Shown: positions 11,590 to 22,417 of the stretch, piece by piece
How positions within the stretch are numbered: the stretch's first letter is position 1
Layout: every line of letters starts with the position of its first letter
Origin: Escherichia coli
GTDB lineage: Bacteria > Pseudomonadota > Gammaproteobacteria > Enterobacterales > Enterobacteriaceae
Strand: one strand, 5' to 3'
Assembly (NCBI RefSeq): GCF_045037415.1
Contig: NZ_CP173438.1
DNA: 64,000 nt
The notes under the pieces: generated by a model
Database searches by the model: none
Seen by the model: the letters and a program-made list of their open reading frames with translations, nothing else
Told to the model about the DNA's origin: nothing
Translations under genes and position numbers: made by a program

Positions 11590-11617
11590 CTGTGAAAACT
11601 GTGATGAAAATCTGTGA
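11590..11617 (+). promoter_or_regulatory. three direct CTGTGA repeats upstream of ydjF (candidate regulator binding sites)
   Basis: cTGTGAaaa / cTGTGAtga / cTGTGAttc spaced 9 and 13 bp, about 85-110 bp upstream of ydjF start. Confidence 0.3.
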
Positions 11618-11699
11618 TTCAAACAGGTTATTTTGAAAGTAAACATCGGTTATGCGATAATTGCGCTAATGTGATGTAAAAAGATACAGGGGTGTAATC

Positions 11700-12458
11700 G
11701 TGGCGGCAAAAGACAGGATTCAGGCAATTAAGCAAATGGTTGCCAACGATAAAAAGGTGACAGTCTCAAATTTGAGTGGGATTTTTCAGGTAACCGAAGA
11801 AACCATTCGCCGCGATCTTGAGAAGTTGGAAGATGAAGGCTTTTTGACCAGAACCTATGGTGGTGCTGTTTTAAATACAGCGATGTTGACGGAGAATATC
11901 CATTTTTATAAGCGCGCTTCATCGTTTTATGAAGAGAAGCAGCTTATTGCACGCAAGGCACTACCCTTTGTCGACAATAAAACCACCATGGCAGCCGATT
12001 CCAGTAGTACCGTAATGGAATTGCTCAAATTGTTACAGGACCGTAGTGACCTGACGTTGCTAACCAACTCGGCGGAAGCGATTCATGTTCTGGCTCAGTC
12101 AGAAATTAAAGTCGTTTCAACGGGTGGGGAACTAAACAAAAATACACTTTCACTGCAAGGAAGAATTACTAAAGAGATCATCAGCCGCTACCATGTCGAT
12201 ATCATGGTAATGAGTTGTAAAGGTCTTGATATTAACAGCGGCGCGCTGGACTCTAATGAAGCGGAAGCTGAAATCAAAAAGACAATGATCCGTCAGGCGA
12301 CAGAAGTTGCGTTATTGGTTGATCACTCTAAGTTTGATCGCAAAGCTTTTGTCCAGTTAGCTGACTTTAGTCATATTAATTACATAATAACTGATAAATC
12401 ACCGGGTGCAGAGTGGATAGCATTTTGCAAAGACAATAATATCCAGCTGGTGTGGTAA
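11700..12458 (+). CDS. ydjF: DeoR-family transcriptional regulator YdjF (GTG start)
   Basis: 252 aa, N-terminal HTH and DeoR C-terminal sugar-binding domain. Confidence 0.85.
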   Translation: MAAKDRIQAIKQMVANDKKVTVSNLSGIFQVTEETIRRDLEKLEDEGFLTRTYGGAVLNTAMLTENIHFYKRASSFYEEKQLIARKALPFVDNKTTMAADSSSTVMELLKLLQDRSDLTLLTNSAEAIHVLAQSEIKVVSTGGELNKNTLSLQGRITKEIISRYHVDIMVMSCKGLDINSGALDSNEAEAEIKKTMIRQATEVALLVDHSKFDRKAFVQLADFSHINYIITDKSPGAEWIAFCKDNNIQLVW

Positions 12459-12575
12459 TTTAAGCACACATTGTCAATATTATTTGTTCCTGCGCCTGGA
12501 AATAAAATGATGATAAAGATGCGGCAAGTGAATTTGCCGCAATTGCTACCTTTTTTAGCAAATCCGAGGCACCCA

Positions 12576-13934
12576 ATGGAACAATATGATCAAATTGGCG
12601 CAAGACTGGACCGCTTGCCTTTGGCCCGGTTTCATTATCGTATATTTGGTATAATAAGCTTTAGTCTGTTATTAACGGGGTTTTTGAGTTACTCCGGTAA
12701 TGTCGTCTTAGCAAAGCTGGTAAGCAATGGATGGTCAAATAATTTCCTCAATGCCGCCTTTACCTCGGCATTAATGTTTGGTTATTTCATCGGCTCTCTT
12801 ACCGGTGGGTTTATTGGTGACTACTTTGGGCGGCGCAGGGCGTTTCGCATAAATCTTCTCATCGTCGGTATTGCGGCAACAGGGGCCGCTTTTGTCCCTG
12901 ATATGTACTGGCTCATCTTCTTTCGCTTCCTGATGGGAACAGGAATGGGGGCGCTGATTATGGTTGGCTATGCCTCATTTACGGAGTTTATCCCCGCGAC
13001 GGTGCGTGGAAAATGGTCCGCGCGGCTCTCATTTGTTGGAAACTGGTCGCCCATGCTGTCTGCGGCGATAGGCGTGGTGGTTATCGCTTTTTTTAGTTGG
13101 CGGATAATGTTTCTGCTGGGCGGTATTGGCATACTGTTAGCCTGGTTTCTCTCAGGTAAATACTTTATTGAGTCGCCACGATGGTTGGCAGGGAAAGGGC
13201 GAATCGCAGGTGCAGAAAGCCAACTTCGTGAAGTAGAGCAGCAAATTGAAAGAGAGAAGAGTATTCGTTTACCCCCGCTTACTTTGAACCAGAGCAACAG
13301 CAAGGTTAAGGTAATCAAGGGTACCTTCTGGCTCCTGTTTAAAGGGGAAATGTTACGACGTACATTAGTCGCGATTACTGTTTTAATTGCAATGAACATT
13401 TCGCTTTATACCATCACCGTATGGATGCCGACCATATTTGTTAACTCCGGCATTGATGTCGATAAATCAATATTAATGACCGCTGTTATTATGATTGGCG
13501 CTCCGGTAGGGATATTTATTGCGGCATTAATTATTGATCATTTCCCTCGTCGATTATTTGGTTCCGCCTTACTTATTATTATTGCCGTGTTAGGCTATAT
13601 CTATTCAATTCAGACAACAGAGTGGGCGATTTTAATCTATGGCCTGGTGATGATCTTCTTTTTATACATGTATGTTTGCTTCGCGTCGGCGGTTTATATC
13701 CCGGAACTTTGGCCAACGCATTTACGCCTGCGTGGTTCGGGTTTCGTTAATGCCGTAGGACGGATCGTCGCAGTCTTCACGCCCTATGGCGTTGCGGCAT
13801 TATTAACACATTATGGGTCGATCACGGTGTTTATGGTGCTTGGTGTCATGTTAGTGCTCTGTGCGCTGGTTCTCTCCATTTTTGGCATCGAAACGCGGAA
13901 GGTGTCGCTGGAAGAGATTTCTGAGGTGAATTAA
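12576..13934 (+). CDS. ydjE: MFS transporter YdjE
   Basis: 452 aa from MEQYDQIG; paralogous to ydjK; track ORF start 12471 is an extension. Confidence 0.8.
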   Translation: MEQYDQIGARLDRLPLARFHYRIFGIISFSLLLTGFLSYSGNVVLAKLVSNGWSNNFLNAAFTSALMFGYFIGSLTGGFIGDYFGRRRAFRINLLIVGIAATGAAFVPDMYWLIFFRFLMGTGMGALIMVGYASFTEFIPATVRGKWSARLSFVGNWSPMLSAAIGVVVIAFFSWRIMFLLGGIGILLAWFLSGKYFIESPRWLAGKGRIAGAESQLREVEQQIEREKSIRLPPLTLNQSNSKVKVIKGTFWLLFKGEMLRRTLVAITVLIAMNISLYTITVWMPTIFVNSGIDVDKSILMTAVIMIGAPVGIFIAALIIDHFPRRLFGSALLIIIAVLGYIYSIQTTEWAILIYGLVMIFFLYMYVCFASAVYIPELWPTHLRLRGSGFVNAVGRIVAVFTPYGVAALLTHYGSITVFMVLGVMLVLCALVLSIFGIETRKVSLEEISEVN

Positions 13935-13984
13935 ATCTTTCGTTGATGGCGTCAATTACCAGATGTATCACTGATGTGTTTTAT

Positions 13985-14019
13985 CTGGCCTACAATGCCA
14001 GTACAGAATTGTAGGCCAG
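13985..14019. terminator. hairpin between convergent ydjE and pncA
   Basis: CTGGCCTACAAT...ATTGTAGGCCAG 12-bp inverted repeat. Confidence 0.5.
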
Positions 14020-14026
14020 CGTAAAA

Positions 14027-14668
14027 TTACTCCTGCGTTTCTTCCCAGTCTGCCAGCGTATATAGCGTTGCCCCAGCTGCTGACATTTCCATAAACGCGT
14101 GCGCACTGTCCTGTGGCTGGATATTTACGCCACGACAACCATCGGTAATCACGTTCACCTTATAGCCTAACTGTAAAGCGTCCAGCACGGTAAACTTAAC
14201 GCAATAGTCAGTAGCCAGACCCATAACGATCAATTCATTGATTACATGAGCGCGCAACCAGTCATCGAGCGCAGTTTTCTGCCGACGACCGTTATCAAAA
14301 AAGGCACTGTAACTGTCAACTAAAGGATTTTCGCCTTTATGGAACACCGCTGCGATCGCTTTTTGCTTCAGTAACGGATGTAATTGTGCGCCTTCACTGT
14401 TCTGCACACAGTGATCGGGCCAGAAGGTTTGTGGCAAACCGTCGAGTTGGCCTGGCGTATAAGGCTCTACACCGTGCTGACTGGCAAAACTGCCGTGATT
14501 CGCCGGATGCCAGTCCTGACTGGCGATAACTGCTTCACCGCGCGACTGGCACCAGTCAATCAGGCGGTTAGCGACATCCACCGTACTGTCACCTTCCGGC
14601 ACGGCGAGCGCGCCACCAGCACAGAAATCATTTTGTAAATCGACCAGTAACAGGGCGCGAGGGGGCAT
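14027..14668 (-). CDS. pncA: nicotinamidase/pyrazinamidase PncA
   Basis: 213 aa MPPRALLLVDLQNDFC... isochorismatase-fold nicotinamidase. Confidence 0.9.
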   Translation of the reverse strand: MPPRALLLVDLQNDFCAGGALAVPEGDSTVDVANRLIDWCQSRGEAVIASQDWHPANHGSFASQHGVEPYTPGQLDGLPQTFWPDHCVQNSEGAQLHPLLKQKAIAAVFHKGENPLVDSYSAFFDNGRRQKTALDDWLRAHVINELIVMGLATDYCVKFTVLDALQLGYKVNVITDGCRGVNIQPQDSAHAFMEMSAAGATLYTLADWEETQE

Positions 14669-14678
14669 TGCAGTCTCC

Positions 14679-15695
14679 TTAATCATCCGGCGTCAGTTCG
14701 CCACGCAGGTTTTGGCTCATGGCCTTGCGAATGGTTTCAGTATCAAGTTTCTGGCTAAGCAGGTAATGCAGTTTGGTTAGCGTGGCTTCTACAGTCATAT
14801 CTGCACCGCCAATAACGCCGGCATGGGCGAGGGCGTTACCGGTGGCATAACCACCCATGTTCACTTTACCGGACATACATTGTGTCAGGTTGACCACCAC
14901 AATACCGCGATCGCTGGCTTCTTGTAATTCCTGCAGGAAGGCTTTGTTTTGTGGCGCATTACCCACGCCATATGAGCGCAGAATCAATGCTTTCACAGGT
15001 TGGCGCAGAAAATTGCGCACGACGTCAGCAGAAATCCCCGGATAAATCGTCACTACGCCAATTGGTTGCGGCGTGATTGGATGAACGATCAATTCCCCTT
15101 CGCCGTGCGGGGCGGGTGGCGTATTCAAACGACGAATATGGATACCTGCTTCCAGTAACGGAGGAAGGTTTGGAGAGGCAAACGCATCAAAACCATCGGC
15201 ATGGGCTTTGGTGGTTCGGTTGCCACGATACAGTCGATTATTAAAAAAGAGAGTTACTTCGTTGATAGGATAATTCGCCGCAACGTACAACGCATTCAGC
15301 AGATTAATTTGTCCGTCAGAGCGTAACTCAGCCAGCGGGATTTGTGACCCTGTCACAATGACCGGTTTACTGAGATTCTCGAGCATGAACGACAGTGCAG
15401 AGGCGGTATACGCCATCGTGTCTGTGCCGTGCAGAATGACAAAACCATCATAGTCGTCATAGTGCGCTTTAATATCTTCAGCAATATGCTGCCAGTCTTC
15501 TGGCGTCATATCAGAAGAATCCATCAATGGCGTATATTCATGAATGGTGAAATCTGGCATCTCCGGGCGATGGAATTCCGGCATCAGCGCCAGTTGGCGC
15601 TGTAGATGACCTGACACCGGAATATAACCCTGCTCGGAACGCTGCATCCCGATGGTCCCGCCCGTGTAGGCGACGTAAATTGATTTCTTTTGCAT
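14679..15695 (-). CDS. ansA: cytoplasmic L-asparaginase I
   Basis: 338 aa MQKKSIYVAYTGGTIGM...; asparaginase TGGTIG motif. Confidence 0.93.
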   Translation of the reverse strand: MQKKSIYVAYTGGTIGMQRSEQGYIPVSGHLQRQLALMPEFHRPEMPDFTIHEYTPLMDSSDMTPEDWQHIAEDIKAHYDDYDGFVILHGTDTMAYTASALSFMLENLSKPVIVTGSQIPLAELRSDGQINLLNALYVAANYPINEVTLFFNNRLYRGNRTTKAHADGFDAFASPNLPPLLEAGIHIRRLNTPPAPHGEGELIVHPITPQPIGVVTIYPGISADVVRNFLRQPVKALILRSYGVGNAPQNKAFLQELQEASDRGIVVVNLTQCMSGKVNMGGYATGNALAHAGVIGGADMTVEATLTKLHYLLSQKLDTETIRKAMSQNLRGELTPDD

Positions 15696-15782
15696 GATAT
15701 TGATATGAATGATATCGAAAGAGCAAAAGTATATACGTGAGGGGCAGCGAGCGCACCTGGATACTCTGTGGATATGAGAAAA

Positions 15783-15816
15783 GTCCGGCAGAACGGAGGG
15801 ATTAGTGTCCCGCCGG
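15783..15816 (-). terminator. hairpin plus U-tract downstream of the extra SIMPL-like ORF
   Basis: minus-strand TCCGGCGGGA...TCCC...GCCGGA stem-loop followed by CUUUUCUC. Confidence 0.4.
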
Positions 15817-15826
15817 AGAAAAGTGG

Positions 15827-16549
15827 TTAATCCTGCAACGCATAGGTTACGGTGGTGACTACGCGTACCGTTTTATTAATCGCCGTAGGATCATCTTCAT
15901 CACTGCCACTGGCGAAGATCTGGAACACGCCTTGTGAGGCATCGCTAATTGACCCCACCTGGCTACCTGAGTCCGTTGCAAATTGTAATGCTGCGTTGCG
16001 TGCATCTTTGGTGGCGGCGGCAATCATCTCAGCGCGCAGTGCGCCAATACCATTAAAGCGATAGGCGACTTTGCTCTCAGCGATAGCGCCCTCCGTAGCG
16101 ACTTGCAGTTCGTTTAATTTCGCGACGACTTTTTCGACAGCAGCAACATTATGGGTTTTTATCGTCACTGACCCGTCTGCGTTATAGCGTGGCATTGTGG
16201 GATCATCTTTCAGATAAAAGGAATCTGTTCGCTTGCTTGTCCATTGGCCCAGGGTTATCTCTTTCTCGTTAATCCCCTGAGCATTGAGTTCGGCAACAAT
16301 TTTTTTCTGCGCGTCTTCCAGTTTCGGGAACAGTTCGCCGGGAATATTACCCTTAAAGTTAATCGCAATTGTTAATTCTGCCGTATCTGCGCGAACTTCT
16401 TTTTCAGAAAGCCCACGCACATTTACATAACGGTTATTGGTTTTTAAATGTTTAACACCATCGCCAACAAAATAACCACAGGCGCTAATCCCCAGTCCGA
16501 GGACGATAGCGGCAATTAAAGAGGGGGCCTTATTCACTGATGACTCCAT
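15827..16549 (-). CDS. putative lipoprotein, SIMPL/DUF541-like (YggE/BP26-like); not expected at this locus from K-12
   Basis: uninterrupted ORF (track 15827..16639; probable start MESSVNK at 16549); signal peptide with lipobox-like ISAC; C-terminal A-rich ...GSQVGSISDASQG... pattern reminiscent of SIMPL family. Confidence 0.6.
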   Translation of the reverse strand: MESSVNKAPSLIAAIVLGLGISACGYFVGDGVKHLKTNNRYVNVRGLSEKEVRADTAELTIAINFKGNIPGELFPKLEDAQKKIVAELNAQGINEKEITLGQWTSKRTDSFYLKDDPTMPRYNADGSVTIKTHNVAAVEKVVAKLNELQVATEGAIAESKVAYRFNGIGALRAEMIAAATKDARNAALQFATDSGSQVGSISDASQGVFQIFASGSDEDDPTAINKTVRVVTTVTYALQD

Positions 16550-16616
16550 ATCAGATGCTAAATGAGCAAGGGAATGTAGTGGAGAGAGGGAGTGAAAGAC
16601 AGTCCGATTCAGGAGT

Positions 16617-16645
16617 GTGGCCGACAGCATATCGGCCACATTTTT
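16617..16645 (+). other. hairpin abutting sppA stop; its T-tract faces the plus strand
   Basis: GTGGCCGA-cagcata-TCGGCCAC followed by TTTTT on plus strand. Confidence 0.45.
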
Positions 16646-16652
16646 GCAGGAC

Positions 16653-18509
16653 TTAACGCACGTTGGCGCAGGTCAGGCAAAACGCATAACGGTTTTGTGG
16701 GTCGTTAAACGCGGCCAGCTTGTCGCTTTCACTTTTAACGGTAGAGGCTACCGAGGCCAGCGGTGCAGGTAACATGGCCTGGAACGCATCTGGCAACATT
16801 GCCCGGACAGAACCAGACATGTTGTCCATCACTTTGTCGAAGAAGGTCGGTTCATCAACGTAGTATTCCAGATGCCACTGTTTCACTTTTGCCAGCTCTG
16901 CTGCTTTGGCGACCGCATCATCGAAATCCCCGAGACTATCGACCAGCCCGTTAGCTTTTGCATCCTGACCGGTCCAGACGTGGCCCTGGGCGATTTTATC
17001 AATCTGCTCCGGCGTTGAATGACGCGCATCAGCAACCAGCGTGATAAAGCGTTTATAGCCATTCTCAATGCTTAACTGCATCATCTGCTGCACTTCCGGC
17101 GGCAGTGCCCTGGTGATAGAAACATCCGCCAGCGGTGAAGTTGAGACACCATCAGTATGAACACCAATCGAATCCAGACTATTTTCTACGGTGGTGATCA
17201 CGCCGAAGATACCGATAGAACCGGTCAGGGTGCTGGGGTTAGCCACAATGTAATTAGCTGGTGTGGAAATCCAGTAACCACCAGATGCCGCCATGCCACC
17301 CATCGATACAACCACAGGCTTACCCGCTGCCCGGGCTGCTGCCAGTTCAGCGCGAATCACTTCAGACGCGGTAACGCTGCCGCCGGGACTATTAACACGC
17401 AGAACAATCGCTTTCACTTTCGGGTCAAGGCGAGCGTCGCGGATTTGTGCCGCAGTGGTATCACCGCCAACATTCCCCTGAGTTTCCTCGCCATCCATAA
17501 TTGCGCCATTAGCGAAGACGACACCGATACTGTCACCGGTATCTGCCGGCGTTTTCAATGCGTAATCGTAATAACTGATGGCGCGATAATTTTTATCAGT
17601 TTTACTCCAGCCGAACTCTTTGGTCAGAGTTTTTTCGATTTCGGCACTCGATGCCAGTGCATCGACCAGCTTGTTTTCCAGCGCATATTTCGCGGTATCG
17701 CCACCGGTTTTGGTTAAACCCTCAAGCAACCCTTGCGCGCCAGGGAATACCTGCTGAGCAGGGATCTGGCGGTTAGCGGCAACAGTATTCAGATAGTTTT
17801 GCCACAGCTCACCAATCCAGCGGCTGTCAGCTTCGCGGGCTGCCGGCGACATATCATCACGAATAAACGGTTCAACGGCAGATTTATACGTACCCACGCG
17901 GAACACATGGGTGGAAACTTTCAGCTTATCCAGTAACGATTTGTAGTACAGACCGTTGGTGGCAAAGCCGTGCAGATCAACCACGCCTTGCGGAGACAGC
18001 CAAATTTTATTGGCGAAACTGGCGAGATAATATTGCCCCTGGCTGTAGTTCTCGCCAACGGCATAAACCGGTTTCCCGCTGTCACGAAACTCTTTCAGAG
18101 CTTTGCCGATGTACTGCATAGACGGCTGGTCGCCGCCTGCGAAGTTTTTCAGATCCATCACAATACCGGTGATATTGCGGTCGTCCTTCGCCTGGCGAAT
18201 GGTGTTGACGATATCAAACAGTGAGTTTTCCTGAAGACGATCGGAACTGGCACCAAGCAGCTGGCGGCTTAATTTACTAAACCGCTGAGAACTGTCGGGT
18301 TTATCGACGATCACACCAGAAATGTCCAGCAGCAGTGCGCCACGACTGGCCGTTTCTTTCGAATCACCACCACTGACCTGCATCCAGATCCCCACACCAA
18401 CCAGCACGAGAAAAATAAAGAACAGGTTAAGTACCATTTCACGGACGAAATTCAGCAGACGCCACGTCCATTTAAAAAATCCGGCAATAAATCGCCAAAG
18501 GGTTCGCAT
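16653..18509 (-). CDS. sppA: signal peptide peptidase A (protease IV)
   Basis: 618 aa [21 protein letters not shown]...; tandem ClpP-like S49 domains. Confidence 0.93.
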
Positions 18510-18669
18510 GTATTCTCCCAACTTAAGGTCACACCTGTTTCAGGCGCAATAGATGTGGTTATCGTAATGACCCAACCGGCACTTGTCAGCAGGAATTGCG
18601 GACTGGGCTGTAACAAAATCCACTCTCGTGTTAATTTTGTGAATAAATATCATGACAGGAGTTAATCAA

Positions 18670-19221
18670 ATGGATGCACTCGAACTATTGATCAATCGCC
18701 GTAGCGCCTCCCGCCTGGCTGAACCCGCGCCAACGGGTGAACAACTGCAAAACATCCTGCGTGCGGGTATGCGTGCGCCGGACCATAAGTCCATGCAACC
18801 GTGGCATTTCTTTGTGATTGAAGGGGAAGGGCGCGAGCGTTTCAGCGCCGTACTGGAGCAGGGGGCGATTGCTGCCGGTAGTGATAACAAAGCAATCGAC
18901 AAAGCGCGTAATGCGCCGTTCCGCGCACCGCTCATCATAACGGTGGTGGCGAAATGTGAAGAAAATCATAAAGTCCCGCGCTGGGAACAGGAAATGTCTG
19001 CGGGATGCGCGGTCATGGCGATGCAAATGGCAGCAGTTGCCCAGGGGTTTGGCGGCATCTGGCGCAGTGGTGCATTAACTGAAAGTCCGGTAGTGCGTGA
19101 AGCATTCGGTTGCCGTGAGCAGGATAAAATTGTCGGTTTTCTCTACCTCGGTACGCCGCAGTTGAAAGCATCTACGTCGATAAACGTCCCGGACCCGACG
19201 CCGTTTGTGACTTATTTCTGA
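18670..19221 (+). CDS. ydjA: nitroreductase-family protein YdjA
   Basis: 183 aa [16 protein letters not shown]...; small nitroreductase fold. Confidence 0.88.
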   Translation: MDALELLINRRSASRLAEPAPTGEQLQNILRAGMRAPDHKSMQPWHFFVIEGEGRERFSAVLEQGAIAAGSDNKAIDKARNAPFRAPLIITVVAKCEENHKVPRWEQEMSAGCAVMAMQMAAVAQGFGGIWRSGALTESPVVREAFGCREQDKIVGFLYLGTPQLKASTSINVPDPTPFVTYF

Positions 19222-19337
19222 TAATTGTCGCGAAACTGTCTGGATTGTGAGCAAAGGCGCAGGAATTCAGACACTCTCACTTATCACTTCATGGAATGAG
19301 GGTTACCATACCCGGATTGCATTGACAGGAGATGTCC

Positions 19338-20381
19338 ATGAGCGAGAACTCGATTCGTTTGACCCAATACAGCCACGGCGCTGGTTGCGGCTGTAAAATT
19401 TCCCCAAAAGTGTTGGAAACCATCCTGCACAGTGAGCAGGCGAAGTTTGTTGATCCGAATTTGCTTGTGGGTAATGAAACCCGCGACGATGCGGCGGTGT
19501 ACGATCTGGGCAATGGCACCAGCGTTATCAGTACCACCGACTTCTTTATGCCGATCGTTGATAATCCTTTCGATTTTGGCCGCATTGCGGCGACTAACGC
19601 CATCAGCGATATCTTTGCTATGGGCGGCAAACCGATTATGGCGATTGCGATCCTCGGCTGGCCGATTAACAAACTTTCCCCGGAAATTGCCCGCGAAGTG
19701 ACCGAAGGTGGACGCTATGCATGCCGTCAGGCGGGTATTGCGCTGGCTGGCGGTCACTCCATCGATGCGCCGGAGCCGATTTTTGGTCTGGCGGTAACGG
19801 GGATCGTACCGACCGAGCGGGTGAAGAAAAACAGTACCGCACAAGCCGGATGCAAACTGTTCCTGACGAAACCGCTGGGGATTGGCGTTCTTACCACGGC
19901 TGAGAAAAAATCACTGCTGAAACCAGAACATCAGGGACTGGCGACGGAAGTGATGTGCCGGATGAACATCGCAGGCGTGTCCTTTGCCAACATCGAAGGC
20001 GTAAAAGCGATGACCGACGTTACGGGTTTTGGTTTACTGGGGCATTTAAGCGAAATGTGTCAGGGCGCAGGTGTGCAGGCGCGCGTCGACTATGACGCGA
20101 TCCCGAAATTGCCGGGGGTTGAAGAGTACATTAAGTTGGGCGCAGTGCCTGGCGGCACCGAACGTAACTTTGCCAGCTACGGTCATCTGATGGGTGAAAT
20201 GCCGCGTGAAGTGCGCGATCTGCTGTGCGATCCGCAAACTTCTGGCGGTTTGCTGCTGGCGGTCATGCCGGAAGCAGAAAATGAGGTCAAAGCTACAGCC
20301 GCCGAGTTTGGCATTGAACTGACGGCGATTGGCGAACTGGTGCCAGCGCGCGGCGGTCGTGCCATGGTTGAGATCCGTTAA
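19338..20381 (+). CDS. selD: selenide, water dikinase (selenophosphate synthetase)
   Basis: 347 aa [23 protein letters not shown]...; AIR-synthase-like fold. Confidence 0.93.
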   Translation: MSENSIRLTQYSHGAGCGCKISPKVLETILHSEQAKFVDPNLLVGNETRDDAAVYDLGNGTSVISTTDFFMPIVDNPFDFGRIAATNAISDIFAMGGKPIMAIAILGWPINKLSPEIAREVTEGGRYACRQAGIALAGGHSIDAPEPIFGLAVTGIVPTERVKKNSTAQAGCKLFLTKPLGIGVLTTAEKKSLLKPEHQGLATEVMCRMNIAGVSFANIEGVKAMTDVTGFGLLGHLSEMCQGAGVQARVDYDAIPKLPGVEEYIKLGAVPGGTERNFASYGHLMGEMPREVRDLLCDPQTSGGLLLAVMPEAENEVKATAAEFGIELTAIGELVPARGGRAMVEIR

Positions 20382-20385
20382 TTCA

Positions 20386-22341
20386 ATGCGGTTGTTTATT
20401 GCCGAAAAACCGAGTCTGGCGCGCGCCATTGCTGATGTCCTGCCTAAACCGCACCGGAAAGGCGATGGCTTTATCGAGTGCGGTAATGGTCAGGTGGTGA
20501 CCTGGTGTATCGGTCACCTGCTTGAGCAGGCGCAGCCAGACGCCTACGACAGCCGCTATGCGCGCTGGAATCTTGCGGATTTGCCAATTGTCCCGGAAAA
20601 GTGGCAATTACAGCCCCGACCCTCCGTGACTAAACAACTTAATGTCATCAAACGCTTCCTGCATGAAGCCAGCGAAATCGTTCACGCCGGAGACCCGGAT
20701 CGCGAAGGGCAACTGCTGGTGGATGAAGTGCTGGACTACCTGCAACTGGCACCGGAAAAGCGCCAGCAGGTACAGCGTTGTTTGATAAACGACTTGAACC
20801 CGCAGGCGGTTGAGCGGGCGATCGATCGTCTTCGCTCCAATAGCGAGTTTGTACCGCTGTGCGTTTCTGCACTGGCGCGGGCGCGGGCTGACTGGCTGTA
20901 CGGCATTAATATGACCCGTGCGTATACCATTCTCGGCCGCAATGCCGGTTATCAGGGTGTGCTTTCCGTGGGACGCGTGCAGACGCCCGTACTCGGACTG
21001 GTGGTGCGCCGCGACGAAGAGATTGAAAACTTCGTGGCGAAAGACTTCTTTGAAGTCAAAGCACATATCGTGACACCTGCCGATGAGCGGTTTACCGCTA
21101 TCTGGCAACCGAGCGAAGCGTGTGAACCGTACCAGGATGAAGAAGGGCGCTTGTTACATCGTCCACTGGCGGAGCATGTGGTTAACCGTATTAGTGGTCA
21201 ACCAGCTATTGTCACCAGCTATAACGATAAACGGGAATCAGAATCCGCGCCGCTGCCTTTTTCGCTTTCGGCGTTGCAGATTGAAGCGGCTAAACGTTTT
21301 GGTCTGAGCGCGCAGAACGTGCTTGATATCTGCCAGAAGCTGTACGAAACGTACAAGCTAATCACTTATCCGCGTTCCGATTGCCGCTATTTGCCAGAAG
21401 AACATTTTGCCGGACGCCACGCGGTGATGAATGCTATCAGCGTTCATGCACCGGATCTGTTGCCGCAGCCAGTGGTAGATCCAGATATACGCAACCGCTG
21501 TTGGGATGACAAAAAGGTCGATGCGCACCACGCCATCATTCCGACCGCACGGAGTTCTGCGATCAACCTGACGGAGAACGAAGCGAAGGTCTATAACCTG
21601 ATTGCCCGTCAGTACTTGATGCAGTTCTGCCCGGATGCGGTGTTCCGCAAGTGTGTTATCGAACTGGACATTGCCAAAGGCAAATTTGTCGCTAAAGCCC
21701 GTTTTCTTGCTGAAGCAGGCTGGCGCACGCTGTTAGGCAGCAAAGAGCGCGATGAAGAAAACGACGGCACGCCGCTGCCTGTGGTGGCGAAAGGCGATGA
21801 ATTGTTGTGCGAAAAAGGCGAAGTGGTAGAGCGGCAAACCCAGCCGCCGCGCCATTTTACCGATGCAACACTGCTTTCGGCGATGACCGGGATCGCGCGC
21901 TTTGTGCAGGACAAAGATCTGAAAAAGATCCTTCGTGCGACCGATGGTCTGGGGACAGAAGCAACGCGTGCCGGGATTATTGAACTGTTGTTCAAGCGGG
22001 GTTTCCTGACCAAAAAAGGGCGCTATATCCACTCCACCGACGCCGGAAAAGCGCTATTCCATTCGCTGCCAGAAATGGCGACGCGACCGGACATGACCGC
22101 GCACTGGGAATCGGTGCTGACGCAAATCAGCGAAAAGCAGTGTCGCTATCAGGACTTTATGCAGCCGCTGGTGGGGACATTGTACCAGTTGATTGATCAG
22201 GCAAAGCGCACGTCGGTAAGGCAGTTTCGGGGAATAATGGCTCCCGGCGGTGGAGAAGGGAAGAAAAAGGATTCGCCACGCAAGAGAGCGCCGAAAAAAA
22301 GCCCGCCATCAGAAGAGGCGGGCAATGGAGTGATAATATAA
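20386..22341 (+). CDS. topB: DNA topoisomerase III
   Basis: [16 protein letters not shown]...; Toprim and type IA topoisomerase domains; start 4 nt after selD stop. Confidence 0.93.
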   Translation: MRLFIAEKPSLARAIADVLPKPHRKGDGFIECGNGQVVTWCIGHLLEQAQPDAYDSRYARWNLADLPIVPEKWQLQPRPSVTKQLNVIKRFLHEASEIVHAGDPDREGQLLVDEVLDYLQLAPEKRQQVQRCLINDLNPQAVERAIDRLRSNSEFVPLCVSALARARADWLYGINMTRAYTILGRNAGYQGVLSVGRVQTPVLGLVVRRDEEIENFVAKDFFEVKAHIVTPADERFTAIWQPSEACEPYQDEEGRLLHRPLAEHVVNRISGQPAIVTSYNDKRESESAPLPFSLSALQIEAAKRFGLSAQNVLDICQKLYETYKLITYPRSDCRYLPEEHFAGRHAVMNAISVHAPDLLPQPVVDPDIRNRCWDDKKVDAHHAIIPTARSSAINLTENEAKVYNLIARQYLMQFCPDAVFRKCVIELDIAKGKFVAKARFLAEAGWRTLLGSKERDEENDGTPLPVVAKGDELLCEKGEVVERQTQPPRHFTDATLLSAMTGIARFVQDKDLKKILRATDGLGTEATRAGIIELLFKRGFLTKKGRYIHSTDAGKALFHSLPEMATRPDMTAHWESVLTQISEKQCRYQDFMQPLVGTLYQLIDQAKRTSVRQFRGIMAPGGGEGKKKDSPRKRAPKKSPPSEEAGNGVII

Positions 22342-22377
22342 AGGTTCTTTCAACCATCTGATACTGAAGATTTTTAT

Positions 22378-22410
22378 GGCCGGATAAGGCGTTTGCGCTG
22401 TATCCGGCAC
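22378..22410. repeat. REP (repetitive extragenic palindromic) element between topB and gdhA
   Basis: GGCCGGATAAGGCGTTTGCGCTGTATCCGGCAC resembles REP consensus. Confidence 0.55.
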
Positions 22411-22417
22411 AATTGTC

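Noticed and set aside
16550-16639. N-terminal 30-codon extension of the SIMPL-like ORF (track start at 16639)
   Set aside because: The extension overlaps the hairpin abutting the sppA stop and precedes a much better signal-peptide start (MESSVNK at 16549), so the shorter start is preferred. The longer start cannot be excluded.
16617-16645. Hairpin after sppA as a canonical sppA terminator
   Set aside because: The T-tract follows the stem on the plus strand, but sppA is on the minus strand, so it is not a classical intrinsic terminator for sppA. It is kept only as a structural feature.
20329-20385. Upstream in-frame extension of topB overlapping the end of selD
   Set aside because: The well-known TopB N-terminus [14 protein letters not shown] begins at 20386, four nt after the selD stop; the extension is a read-through artefact of ORF calling.
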